Assembly (NCBI RefSeq): GCF_018350175.1
Contig: NC_058368.1
Coordinates: forward strand, 25,546,001-25,610,000
DNA from: Felis catus
Lineage: Eukaryota
Length of the DNA: 64,000 bases
Direction: 5' to 3'
Under the pieces are notes generated by a model. That model saw only the letters and a program-made list of their open reading frames with translations, ran no database searches and was not told the origin of the DNA. Positions 37,804-49,940 of the stretch are shown here, in pieces (the stretch's first letter is position 1; each line of letters begins with the position of its first letter). Both the position numbers and the translations under genes were made by a program.

Positions 37804-38279
37804 AAGAGACTAATACGGTTGGAAGCAAAGTTTTGTCTGATCTTATTTATCCTAAATCAAGTAGAGCCAAGTTCTAGAGAAATCTAGACCTCCTGGAATG
37901 CGTGTGTCAAACTCCCTGGAATGGGGTCGGCAGACTGGCTTGTCTTGCCACCTCTTTTCGTGTGACTTTGAGGTGGTGGTTTACATTCTCAAACGGTTGG
38001 GAGAAAATAGCTGGTGGGATATGAAAATGTCAATTTGTCCAGTTTGTTTTGACCACTGCTGTGCTCATTTGCTTACATACTGATGGGCTCTTCGCGGTAA
38101 GAGCAGAGTATGACAGACCTTAAGGCCTGCAGATGCTAAAACAACCACGTGACCGTTCACAAGGCTTTCCAGGCCCGGCTTTGAAAGATGGAATGTGGGA
38201 GAGCTGGTGGGCAGAGGAAAATCAACTGCTGTGTCCTGTATCTAAAAGGGCTGTGGGTGTCAGAAATAGAATACTGGAA

Positions 38280-38413
38280 ATGCATCTATTTGACAGGCCT
38301 GGAGCAGTTCCCATCTGCTGCTAAGGTTTCCACTAGAGATGCAAGAAAAAAGTGTCCTCGCGCTTTCTGTCTGTCTGCTCGTGGCAGTTAAGATTGAAAG
38401 GGGGAATACAGGA
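38280..38413 (+). ncRNA. SNORA31B: Second SNORA31-family H/ACA snoRNA (SNORA31B-like), downstream of the TPT1 poly(A) signals
   Basis: Stem TGCATCT(38281-87)/AGATGCA(38337-43), H box AGAAAA (38344-49), shares gcgctttctgtctgtct and gattgaa..ggggaataca with SNORA31, ACA at 38408-10. Confidence 0.85.
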
Positions 38414-39913
38414 CAAAAACGTGGGAGAGAGTTTCTGCAACTCCGAAGTACCCCGGTCAACAACGAAGACCTTGTTTTACTCCAGAGGATCTAAAATGAG
38501 TTTTATGAGAGAAGTGTTGGGAAAATGATTGCCCAGAGACCCTTGCCTTTTGATTAATTCCACTTTTAAAAGCTTAGGGGTTAAAACTAAATTGAAGGCA
38601 AGCCAGTGACTCATCTGGTCATCCGACACATGAACCCAGGATGAGTCCAGTGACTTAGCTATGTGGCATTTGCCCTAAGAGTCCATTATGTGGCTCGGAA
38701 CCTGAGACCTGCCAAGGTTGGAGGTGTCCCCTGATGATTGGTAGAAGTAAACCCAAATACTGGGAACCAGGCTGGTAGCAATTTAAGCATTTTGGTATGA
38801 CCTTAAAATCTAGAAAAAGTGCCAGTCCCTAATCTAGGAGGCCACATGGCCCTCTCAAACGGGAAAGAATTTTCAGGCAGTGGTCTGAGCTGTGAGTAGG
38901 GCCACCTGATGGTGGGAGAGGTCTTGAGGTCCCATCTGTACTGAAACCTGATTTAGTGAACTAGCCATAGAAACCAGTGGAAGAACAGGAGTGGCAATGC
39001 AGAGGCTTTGTAGGAAGTGAAGAATTCAGGTCAGTGAAACCTAGGAATGCTTATTTTAGCCTGGTTAAGATACTTTGTGTGAGAGTAACAGCTTATGTGT
39101 ATTTGTGTATATGTCAGAAGGCCTGTCATTTTATGTCCCTTAATGATGCTGAGATCGGTAACAGGCACGTTCCTAGTGTCGTTTAAGCCCTCGGCTTTGT
39201 TACATGTATGGAGAAAAATTGAAAAAGGACTTTCATGGTGTTGTCTGGGAAGGCCTCTGTAATGTGATTTAAATAGGAACCTGAAAGCAAGTAAGTAGAC
39301 TATGGATGTCGGGGCAGAACATTCCAAGCAAAGAAACGCAAACGCAGAGTCTGAAGTGCAGTGTGCTTGACATGTTCTGGGGACACGGTGGCCAGTTGGA
39401 CCCACGATGATAAGGGGAAAAGTTAAGGCATAAAAATGAGTATCCAGGAAAAGAGGAAACCAGATTAATGTAAGAAGGCCATAGGCAGGCTTTGAGCAGA
39501 AGGGTGACATGATATGACCTAATGAATTGGGTAAACAATTGACTCTTAGGAGGGGAAAGAAGAGGTCTAAGGATTTAAAGAGAGCCTGAGAGATTTCAAT
39601 GCATGATCTTTGAAGCCAGAACACCCTGAGATCACTTAGGATAGACTCTGCCCTCCAGCGTACAGCTTGAGATTGGTCAGCATGATGAACTGGCAAAGGT
39701 GATTCAGAAGGAACTGGTCCCAGAGGTAGGAAAATGATGGGAGTGGTCTGGAAGTCCAGTGGACTGTTTGAGAGTTACCTGTTGCCAAACTAGTCAAGGT
39801 GAGGGCCAAGAAGGCGAACTTGACGAATGTTTGGCTTGAATAAGGGGAAGAAAGCCTGGCAAAAATGGACTCAACGAACAACCAGCATGTTGCCCATGAA
39901 CTGTCCGTAGAAA

Positions 39914-40171
39914 CAGGTGACGCTTGAGCAACACAGGTGTAACTTGCATGAGCACACTTAGACTTTACGGTGCCATAAAGTAGTTCATGCTTTTTTTCCT
40001 CTAGCTTTATTCTAAGGCTACAGTATACAACATACAAGGTATGTTTTAATGTGCTGTTGGCAAGGCTTCTGGTCAACAGTAGGCCAGTAAGTATTTGGGA
40101 GTCGAAGGTTAGTGTGCAGATTTTTCACAGGGCGGGTGGTGCCTTAAATCCCTGTGTTTAAGGATCGACTA
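39914..40171. mobile_element. Tigger2/MER8-like non-autonomous DNA transposon
   Basis: Degenerate TIRs caggtgacgcttgagcaacac...gtgtttaaggatcgacta; internal tcaacagtaggc. Confidence 0.65.
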
Positions 40172-43100
40172 CGTGTTTTTTATTGCCTGTTCATCTGCTT
40201 AAGTAATAGGTGTGTGAATGACTCCTTTGAGTCAATAGACCTTTTTCTTAAAATAGAACTTGCATTGATCTAAGTTCCATCATCTGAACTTGAGGGTTAA
40301 CCAATAACTACAAACTAAATTGGTAATGACAGTTAAGGTAAATTTTAACAGTAAGAACCTCAACCAACTCAAAGACACTGATGCAAAAGTGTCCTAAAGT
40401 TCTGAGCGTATGCATGGGGCAGAGCGACCTTGGCTGGCAGCCAGAATATTCACGACAATAGAATTTAAATCAGGAGGATGTTAATGAATGAGGAGAGATC
40501 ACACCTTAGCGACCAGAATTTGTACTTACGTTGCTGCTACGCAACTCATACTTCTATGATAAAAGCACAACAGCCCCCCGGTGGGCCACAAACCTATTCC
40601 TTCAAAAGAGCTCCAGCTTTGTGGCAATGGGTACCTGTTTCCAGAGACTGCCCATAAGAACCGAGTGCCCGACCTGATGTTTTGGGGCGATCCATGATCC
40701 TCTGGGGCTATGGATCATACGTGAAAATCACTTTTCCTTTGATGCTGCCCCAAAATGACTTAACTTTGGATATTTAGTTCTTTGGCTAACTTTTAATATT
40801 CCATCATACCAAAGGTAAAATCTGACTAAAGCGTTTAACAGAACACAACTAAAGAAAAAGGTGCTGGGGCGCCTGGCTGGCTCAGTTGGTAGAGCGTGCA
40901 ACTCGATCCTGGGGTTGTGAGTTCAAGCCCCACATTGGGTGTAGGGATTAATTAAAAATAGTCTGGAAAAAAAAAATGCTATGCACCCTCTGTTGAAATA
41001 GTTAACTGCTGTGACAGAAGCAATCGAAGTACAAGGTACGTTCTTTAAGCTTGGAGTTTGAATATAAAGTTGCAAATCCTAATGAGGCTGGTAGTTTATA
41101 TTTATCCCACTAAATTCCTCCAAATCCATCCCTAAGTGCAGCAGTGGTACATGTGACCATAAGGCTTGTTGGCAGTCCAAAGCCTGTTTCTTTTTCTTTT
41201 TCTTTTTTTTTTTAAACTATTGTGGGGCATGTTTTTAGCTACTGGAACATTCCAGTTTATTTCCTAAGCTAGTAGATTGTGGATTTGTGCTATTCTACAT
41301 GGTTTCTTACAACAGCCTGGAAATTCACATACAAGATTCCTCCGTATGCTGGGCCATGAGAACCTTAAGTAGATGTGATGTTAGCAAGAGTCTATACAAT
41401 TGAGAGAAATGTCAACGTTGAGCCTAGGGGAAGATTCTTTTCAAAGTAACTGTTCAGTGACGTTTCCTTCAATCACTGATGCCTCTCCTCCGCCCCCTCC
41501 AGGATTTACTTGACATCTCCCTTCGTTTATATGTGTAGTATTCTTCTGAGCTGGAGGTAAAGCAGGAAGCATGGAGATGGGGGGGCCTTATGGAGTGCTT
41601 TTGTATTAATGCATCAAAATTTGACACGGAGAAGTGAGAATTGAGACATCGGATGACTCACTTGGGTCCTCTGTGGGAGAGGACATGAACCACAGTTGGC
41701 TAGCCAAGACCGCAGCACTTTCCAGTAGTTTCGTAGAGCTATGCTAGACCTTCAGTCCTGAGATTCTAAGCGTGACACTAGAAATCTCGTCTCGTACTTG
41801 GTAATTTTCTTCATGTGTAAAGATGGCGGAGAAGTTCTAGTTTATCTTCAAGTGCTGCTTGCCCATGGCCTCACCTGGAGCACAGGATTATAAGGGGACT
41901 CTACCCAGAGCATTAAATCTGCTATTCCCTAAGCAGCTGGTAGAGCTCTGGTAAGTCACAGAGAAAGTTGGTATTTTGTGGGCATGTATTCAAAACAGCT
42001 ATGCATGTAATTTTCTTAAGTACAGGAATTTGGAAGTCTCCCTCAAGAACTGCTAATTTGTTTTGTGAGTCACGTGTCCAAACTAATATTCATCCTAGAG
42101 TGGAGGTGGGAATCAGCAAGAAAAAGGAGGAAATAACTACATTAACACCTATTTTGGCTACCTTATCGATGTGGCATAATGGAGCTCAACAGATGGCAAG
42201 TATACACTCGGTCTTTCTCCCCATCCCTCTTAAGTCTCCTCCCCCATATTAACATGAGGGCGGCCCACATTGATGGGTTTTGTCAAATGGAACATGGGCC
42301 GGGTGGCCCCACCCCTGGCGACTGCCATGATACCAGCAGGACGGTAAATACCAACTGCTGGCATCTATTAAAAGCAAAAGTGACTAAGCTTTTGGAAATT
42401 GGTTAAGTAATGTGCAAACTGTTCCACGAAGGAGGAGGGCTGGGTATGAATGCGAGCCGCTGGGTTTAGCATCCCAAGAGCCATGTGGAGGACTACTTTT
42501 CCAAGGTAGTTACTAAACCCCATGGTTTACAGGGTGTGGAAGCTGTGCAAAACTCCCCAACTGATGCTTCGCTTCCCCTACCAATATCCTGCGGTTTTGC
42601 TGTTTTCTAAGCCCTCGGGTTGCCCGTATCTGAAAGCCCTCCCTGCACCTGCATTTTATCTGGCAGGCTTCCACTTCGCAGGCTTTCCTCCCACTGTTCA
42701 CTCCACGCAGACTCTTCCCAGAGAGCCACGTGACTCGCTGACAACCTTTCAGTCTACTCAGAGGCCATCTTGTCAAGACCAAGCGAGGCCTTCTGACCAT
42801 GCCATTTAAGCCCACGGCCCCACCACTCAGTCCCCTTTGCTTTGGTTTTCCTCCATGGCACTTCTCACCATCTAACATACTATGTATTTTACTTGCTTGC
42901 TGGCTTATCTGTCTCTACCCCAACCTCATGCAGGCTCCAGAAGGGCTTGGCTTTAAGGCTCAGTGCCATCTCCTCAATGTTCAGGACAGTGCCCGGCATT
43001 TAGCACATAGGTGCTCAGTGTGTGTGTGTCACAGGATTGAAAGGATGACGGGAGACAGCTATGCACACTGCCGGGTTTCACCTGGATATGCTTCTTTTAA

Positions 43101-43329
43101 GAAAGAATGTTTCATGTCCCAAACTGCGGAATTTAGTGACTGTAGCGAAAAACATCACTCCCTTGCCCCGCTTCATTCCTGCTAGGCTATTTTTACTGTC
43201 CCAAGACACAATCTGCATATTTTTTTTTTCTTCTTTCTAAATAACTTGCTTCAACGATTACTTCTTGATTTTTCAGTTTCAGACTGAAAAATCTTCGGAC
43301 TTTATGGAGGTATTACCTTCGGACTTTAT

Positions 43330-44028
43330 GGAGGGTGACAAGCTTGGAGAGGGTATGGAAGCTGTATACCGCCCCCCGCCCCATACCTTGCCCTGTGCGT
43401 CTCTTCCGTCTGGCTCTTCCTGAGTCCTCTCCTTTTATGGCAGACCGGTAATCTAGTAAGCAAAGTGTTTTCCTGAGGTCTACGAGCCGCTGTAGCAAAT
43501 TAATCCAACCTAAAGGGGCAGGGGAATCCCCAATTTCTAGCAGCACAGGTGACCTGGACTTGCCATTGGCATCTGAAGTGGAGGGAGGAGGGGACAGTCC
43601 TGTAGGATGGATTCCTTACCGTGGGATCTGACGCTGGCCCCAGGTAGACTGTGTCAGAGCACGTCACCCTCCCAGCAAATAGATCTGTTCCTAACCCAGA
43701 AGCTCTCAGAACCCTGTCTTTTTTGAGTTTTTATGAAGGCTTTAATACCCAGGCACAACTGATTAAATCACTGGCCATTGGTGATTGGACTCAATCTCCC
43801 GCCCAGGAAGAGATGGGGTAAAACTGAAATTTTCAACCCTTCAATCACACACACTGTTGGGTCCACTGGCACTCTGCCTCCATCTTTAGGTGCCTTCCAG
43901 GAATGACCTCAAAACAAGAGACCCCTTTTATTGCCCTCATCACAGGAAATCCCAAAGGTTTTAGGACCTTTGCCAGAAATGGGGACAAAGATCAAATATT
44001 TGTCTTATTACAAATCACAACATTGCAA
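43330..44028. mobile_element. Second MER21-like LTR copy with an internal inversion
   Basis: 43330-43657 is the reverse complement of ~46685-47030; 43663-44028 aligns directly with ~47020-47475. Confidence 0.8.
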
Positions 44029-44914
44029 AGTGTAAATTTTTTTTTTTTTTTTTAACTTGGAAGTGCTCCAGGAACCTAGTGGACCCAGTGTCTAATTTCC
44101 TGGAGAGCTCCCTCATCCAGGCTTTTGCCACCTTGCTGCCCTGTGGTCACATGGCCGGTCCGGGAGTGCCTCGGTCTCAGATTACAGTTTGCCTAAATCC
44201 CAAGTTTCTTTTCTATCTTGGTGAAGCAGCTCTCTAATAGCTTATTGAGAGGTTAGGAATTTTTTTGTGTGATTTTGCTTGTATAAAATACCCTTATTCT
44301 CTACATGATCGATAATTTGGCTAAGTATGGACTTCTAGATTAGGCAGTGAATTTCTGTGTAAGTGGTGAGGCCTAGAAGGAGGGAGTATGAAAAATACGG
44401 TGCATTGTTCAGCAGGAAGCCCAAGTGTGTCCCCACAAGACATGGGAGCTATTACACGTGACTTTTACCTGCAGTATCTTGTAAGATTAGATTTTTCTTA
44501 GACTTTTTTTTTTTTAATGTCTATTTTTGAGAGAGAAACAGTGCAAGTGGGCTAGGGGCAGAAAGAGAGGGAGATGCAGAATCCGAAGCAGGCTCCAGGC
44601 TCTGAGCTGTCAGCACAGAGCCCGACGTGGGGCTCGAACTCAAACCGCGAGATCCTGATCTGAGCTGAAGTCGGATGTTTAACCGACTAAGCCACCCAGG
44701 TGCCCCTTACTTAGATTTCTTTACGTTTCCCTTATGTATAAATAACTTATTTTAAAAATGTGAAAGTAGCTATAAGCTTCCAGGTTATAGGAGGTTAGCA
44801 AAAGAAGAGGAAAACTTCAATTCCACCCCCCCCCCCATTATTTTGTTCTTCATTTATCTAATAGCAGCCTAGACTTAAATCTGAATACAGTCTAAGGTTC
44901 TGCGAGCACTCTAG

Positions 44915-45319
44915 TGATGAAGTTTTGGGGTGATGGGAGGGTTCCTGGGGTCCAGAGTCGACGGCCAAGAAAGAAGTCTTGATATCTTTGGTGCAAAAAG
45001 GTGATTTTTTACTAAAGCAAGGGGCCAGGATCCACGGGCAGAAAGAGCAGCACTCTAAGTGTGGAGGGTGACCATTGTATGCAGTCAATGCGGGGGGGGG
45101 GGGGGGGGGGGGGGGTGGAGATAAAGTCTAGAGGGAGTTTCCACAGAGACTTTCACATGCTAAAGACTTAGTGGAGGCCTAGCTATTGTCCAGCTAAGGT
45201 TGTTTTTCCCTCTAACAAAGCATTAACTTTGAGACAGTAGGGAGTTCCTGGACCTTAGGCTATGATGGGATTGCCTTTTTCTGGTAAACTGGTGGAGATT
45301 GTCATCAGTTTAACCATTT

Positions 45320-45351
<32 letters not shown>

Positions 45352-45468
45352 ATTGTTTTGTCCTTTCCTGTTTTGGGGTAGCTGGGAGTGTCCAAGGAAT
45401 AGCATACACATCCCACCTGGGGGACGGGGGTGCTGTAAGCCTGCATCTTGGCCCATGTTCCCTCATCA
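44915..45468 (-). mobile_element. ERV1-class solo LTR
   Basis: TGATGA...TCATCA termini, 4-bp TSD CTAG; reverse-complement similar to 48444-48913. Confidence 0.88.
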
Positions 45469-45537
45469 CTAGGAGTCTGAAACCAATAGTGCTGTCATTA
45501 AATTGCCACTTTATTATTTTTTCTTAATGTTTATTTT

Positions 45538-45573
<36 letters not shown>

Positions 45574-46329
45574 ATGCGAGCTGGGGAGAAGCAGAGAGAG
45601 AGGAAGAGAGAGAATCCCCTGCCCTGTCAGTGCAGGGCCTGACACAGGGCTCGAACTCCTGAACCATGAGATCATTCATTACCTGAGCCAAAATCGAGTC
45701 AGGCGCTTAACTGACTGAGCCGCCCAGGTGCCCCTAAATTGCCACTTTAAATCCTGCTTACTGTGGCTGGTCACACTCCTTCCTTATTTCCATGCCTTGG
45801 GCAAACAACAAGTTTCTTAACAGCCGACTTTTATTTTATTTTTTTATTTTGTTTTTTGTTTTTTATTTAAAAAAAAATTTTTTTTTAACGTTTATTTATT
45901 TTTGAGAAATAGAGAGACAGAGCATGAGCGGGGGGAGGGTCAGAGAGAGAGAGGGAGACAGAGAGTCTGAAACAGGCTCCAGGTTCTGAGCTGTCAGCAC
46001 AGAGCACGACGCGGGGCTTGAACTCACGAACCGCGAGATCATGACCTGAGCCGAAGTCGGACGCTTAACCGACTGAGCCACCCAGGCGCCCCCCAACTTT
46101 TAATTTGTATACACATATGCTCTGTCTCCCAAAAATCTAACCTCAACTACCGAAGAAGGATCTTGCCTTGCATTGTCCTGACTCTAGTGCGGCTCTGCCC
46201 AAACTATCTGTGGTAAAAGGATGATTTTCTTTACATTTCAATCCGTTGTGGACTGGTAACTTTTGTAAAACACAATAAATACGAGTTACTGGAAAAGTGA
46301 ACCAGGAAATCTAAAGGAAAAACACTTCT

Positions 46330-47475
46330 GTGTGGGGCTTTAGATACTCTTCACTTCTGGGGCGCTGGCTCGGTCAGTTAAGCGTCCGACTTCGGCTCAG
46401 GTCATGATCTCGCGGTCCGTGAGTTCGAGCCCCGTGTCGGGCTCTGTGCTGACCGCTCAGAGCCTGGAGCCTGCTTCAGGTTCTGTGTCTCCCTCTCTCT
46501 CTGCCCCTCCCCTGTTCACGCTCTGTCTCTCTCTGTCTCAAAAATAAATAAACGTTAAAAAATTAAAAAAATATATATAGTCTTCACTTCTGACATGCAC
46601 TTTTGGTCACCAAATGTGTGCAGGTTTTCCCAGTCACCAAGCCACTCCATGACACCAGCTGGGTGTCCCACAATCTAACACAAATCTGACTCAGTCTACC
46701 TGGAGAGAGCATCAGATCCCACGTTAAGGAATCGGTCCTACAGGATTGCCCCCACCCCCCCTCAGATGCCAATCCTAAATCCAGGTCACCTTTGCTCCTA
46801 GAAATTGGGAGATTCCCACGCCTCCTCAGGTTGGATTAATTTGCTAGAGTGGTTCACAGACCTCAAGACAGTTTACTTACTAGACTGCCAGTTTACCATA
46901 AAAGGATAGGACTCAGGGGGACAGCCAGATGGAAGAGACAGGGGGGCAGCCAGATGGAAGAGACGCACAGGCAAGGCATGGGGGAAGGGGTACAGGGCTT
47001 CCACACCCTCTCCAAGCTTGTCACCCTCCCAGCATGTAGATATGTTCCCAACCCAGAAGCTCTCAGAACCGGGAGGCTTCGTTACATAAGCATCATTGAC
47101 TAAATCATTGGCCGTTGGTAACTGAAGTCAGTCTCCAACCCTCCCCTCTCCCCTCCCAGGAAGTATGGGGCTGAAAGTTCCAACCCTTTCATCACTCAGC
47201 GGTTCCCCTGGCAACCAGCCCAGGTACACAGTAGGACTTTCCAAAAGTCACTCCGTTAACATGAATCAGATGTCACTGAAAGGGACTCGTTAGATACAAA
47301 AAAACACACACTTCACTTCTACCTTTGGGAGCTATTTCGAGATCCCGGCAACCAAAGAGGCCCTTATAGCTCTTATCGCTTAGGGCTTAGGAAATTACAA
47401 AGGCTTAAAGTGCTAAATGCTGGGAACCCAGGAGAAGACAGAAATATCTGTTGCTTATTATGAACCACAATATCA
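46330..47475 (-). mobile_element. MER21-like LTR containing a SINE (46360-46580)
   Basis: Ends in cacaatatca (reverse of TGATATTGTG); interior resembles MER21; SINE flanked by direct repeat tcttcacttctg. Confidence 0.7.
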
Positions 47476-47813
47476 TGGAAAGAAAATACAAAAGTATAGA
47501 TACTACAGTTCTAAACTCTTGTTTATTAGATATTGAGGTTATATATTTTTTTAATTTTTTTTTCATTTATTTATTTTTGAGAGAGAGAGCACAAGTGGGG
47601 AAGGTCAGAGAGAGAAGGAGACCAAATCCAGAGCAGGCTCCAGGCTCTGAGCTGTCAGCACAAAGCCTGACGCGGGGCTCGAACTCACAAACTGAGATCA
47701 TGACCAGAGCCGGAGTCGGACGCCTAACCGACTGAGCCACCCAGGCGCCCCTTTGGGTTCTATTTTCATACCCAACAAACAAAATTATTCTGTTAAATTG
47801 CCTTAAAAAGTCC

Positions 47814-48156
47814 TGTTAAATGAACTAAACAAAGAGGCCAGTAGACTGAGGTGGCCCTAATACTTTAGCAGCCTGTGAGAGCAGACCAAAGTGCCTAAGT
47901 CTAAGAAACCAAAAGCTAAGGACAACCAATCAGAAACAACCCAAAGCCTGCAACCCCGGAAGCTGCAGCCAATCAAATAATTTCCCTGCTTTGTTTCCGC
48001 CGTTCCATAGGCAGGTCTTTCCCTGAGCTCTTGTTGCTGGAATCCCCCCAAACATTTCTGGTCTGGTGGAGCCCGAGTCAAATCATTTCTTGCTCATAAA
48101 CTCTGATTCTTTTTTTTATTATTATTTTTTGTTAATATGCCTCGGTTTATCTTTCA
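47814..48156 (+). mobile_element. Probable solo LTR (TG...CA)
   Basis: tgttaaatga start, CCAAT boxes, cataaa, ends ttatctttca; no clear TSD. Confidence 0.5.
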
Positions 48157-48443
48157 TCTCAACCTCTGCTCCAGGCTGTGGACCACATGTTGAGTAACTG
48201 TGCTGGCCTGAATAGTGCCCGGTGTGGAGTCCTGACCATTGCCATCCAAGCACACCAACCCTTGTTTTCACACACTACACACGTCAGCCTGTCTTTCAAA
48301 AACCTCCACAATGTGTCCCGCGCGTACTTTTAAAACACCACACTTTGTTGCTGTATCATGTATACGCAAGCCACGGTATCCATTTCAAGTGTACGTACGA
48401 TTTGATGAATTTTGATGGATGTGTCTACCCTCGAAACCACCAC

Positions 48444-48913
48444 TGATGAGGGAGTATAAGGCAAGCTGAGGACAAAGTACAAGCGAGCACACTCTGCCCC
48501 CCGCGCCCACCCCCCCCCCCCCCCCAACCAGGTGGGAATGTGATATTCCGCAGGCACTCCCGGCTGCGCCGGAACAAAGGGAAGGACAGAAAACAAATGG
48601 TTAAACTCATATCATCTCCATCAGTTTACAAATATCTTAGTAATATGACAAGAAAAGGGCAATCTTATAAATAGCCTAAAGTCCAGGAACTCCCTACTGT
48701 CTTAATGTTTTGCTAGAGGGAAAAACAAGCTTAGCTTGCTAATAGCTGGGCCTCCGGTAACCTATGTATATAACCAACCCCAGTGCGGCTCTTTCTGCCC
48801 ACGGGTCCTGTCCCTGTGCTGTGATAAAATCACCCTTTTGCCCCAAAGACGTCTCCAAGAATTCATTCTTGGTCATCAGCTCCGCACTCCCTCACTACCC
48901 CAAAACCTCATCA
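48444..48913 (+). mobile_element. ERV1-class solo LTR of the same family, inserted in an old L1 fragment
   Basis: TGATGA...TCATCA termini, 4-bp TSD CCAC, variant poly(A) signal gataaa. Confidence 0.88.
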
Positions 48914-49818
48914 CCACCACAATCCTGCTACAAAGCATCTCTGTTACCCCAAAGATATGCCTCGCGCCCCTTTGTAGTCCATTTGGCCACAGTTCGAGGG
49001 CCAAAGTCACACTGCTTCTGTAACCAGAGGTTAGTTCTGCGTTTCCTTTCATTCGTTTTAATGACGCTGAGATTCATCCATGCTGTGGATGTATCAGCAA
49101 TTTTTTCCTTTATAGTGGCGTTCCAGTTGGAGCCTGCTGATGTTTCTAGTTTTTGGTTACTGTGAATAAGGCCACTACGAGCATCCATGTGTTGGCCTGC
49201 GAGTGGGCATATGTTTCACTTCTCTTGGGTGAATACCTAGGAGTGGAATGGCCAGGCGGTACGTACGATAGGTGAATGTTGAACTCCACACCTCTTTTTC
49301 TCACAATTTCTATTTCCTACCTTCCCTCCTACCCACCCTTGAGCCATACTGAACTACTTTCTTTTTCTCAGACGGGTCAAGATCTCCTTTCTCGTCACCA
49401 TTCTTCAGGTTACTCCTTTGGCCTACAACATCCCTTTCCCTATCATTCCATCTACCTTAGTTGGGTTCAAGCACCAACTCCACAAAGTTCTCTTTCTTCC
49501 TCTCCGTTAGAGGTGACTGCTCCCCTCTGTGGGAAAGCCCGCAGAACTATACCTTTCTCAGAGCTTGCCTCCTGCGCTAGATTCTAAGTATTCCTGATAG
49601 TGGGGTCCAGTCTGGAAGCTTCCCACCCCCCACAGGGCCTGGTTCAGTTCTTTACATAGGGTAGGCATTCGGTAAACCTCTGCTGAATTAAGGAACATAA
49701 TTAGTGAAGCATGGAAAGGGCCAGTATATATGGTATTTGAGAAAAGGGAATAAGTAAATTACTTGGAGAGAAGAAAGCTAATGGAGGTTACAATAGCTCC
49801 TTTGTGACGTTATTTGAG

Positions 49819-49940
49819 GTATATATGTGTGTGTGTATATATATACGTGTGTGTATATATATGTATATATGTGTATATATGTATATATGTATATGTATAT
49901 ATGTGTATGTATATATGTGTGTGTGTATATATATATATAT
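49819..49940. repeat. Compound (TA/TG)n microsatellite at a SINE tail
   Basis: gtatatatgtgtgtgtgtatatat... read directly. Confidence 0.95.

Noticed and set aside
39031..40076. 221-aa and 146-aa minus-strand ORFs
   Set aside because: They lie over old L2-like and Tigger-like repeats, with no protein-family features.
44915..48913. The two related LTRs as ends of one provirus
   Set aside because: Opposite orientation, different TSDs and no gag/pol sequence between them.
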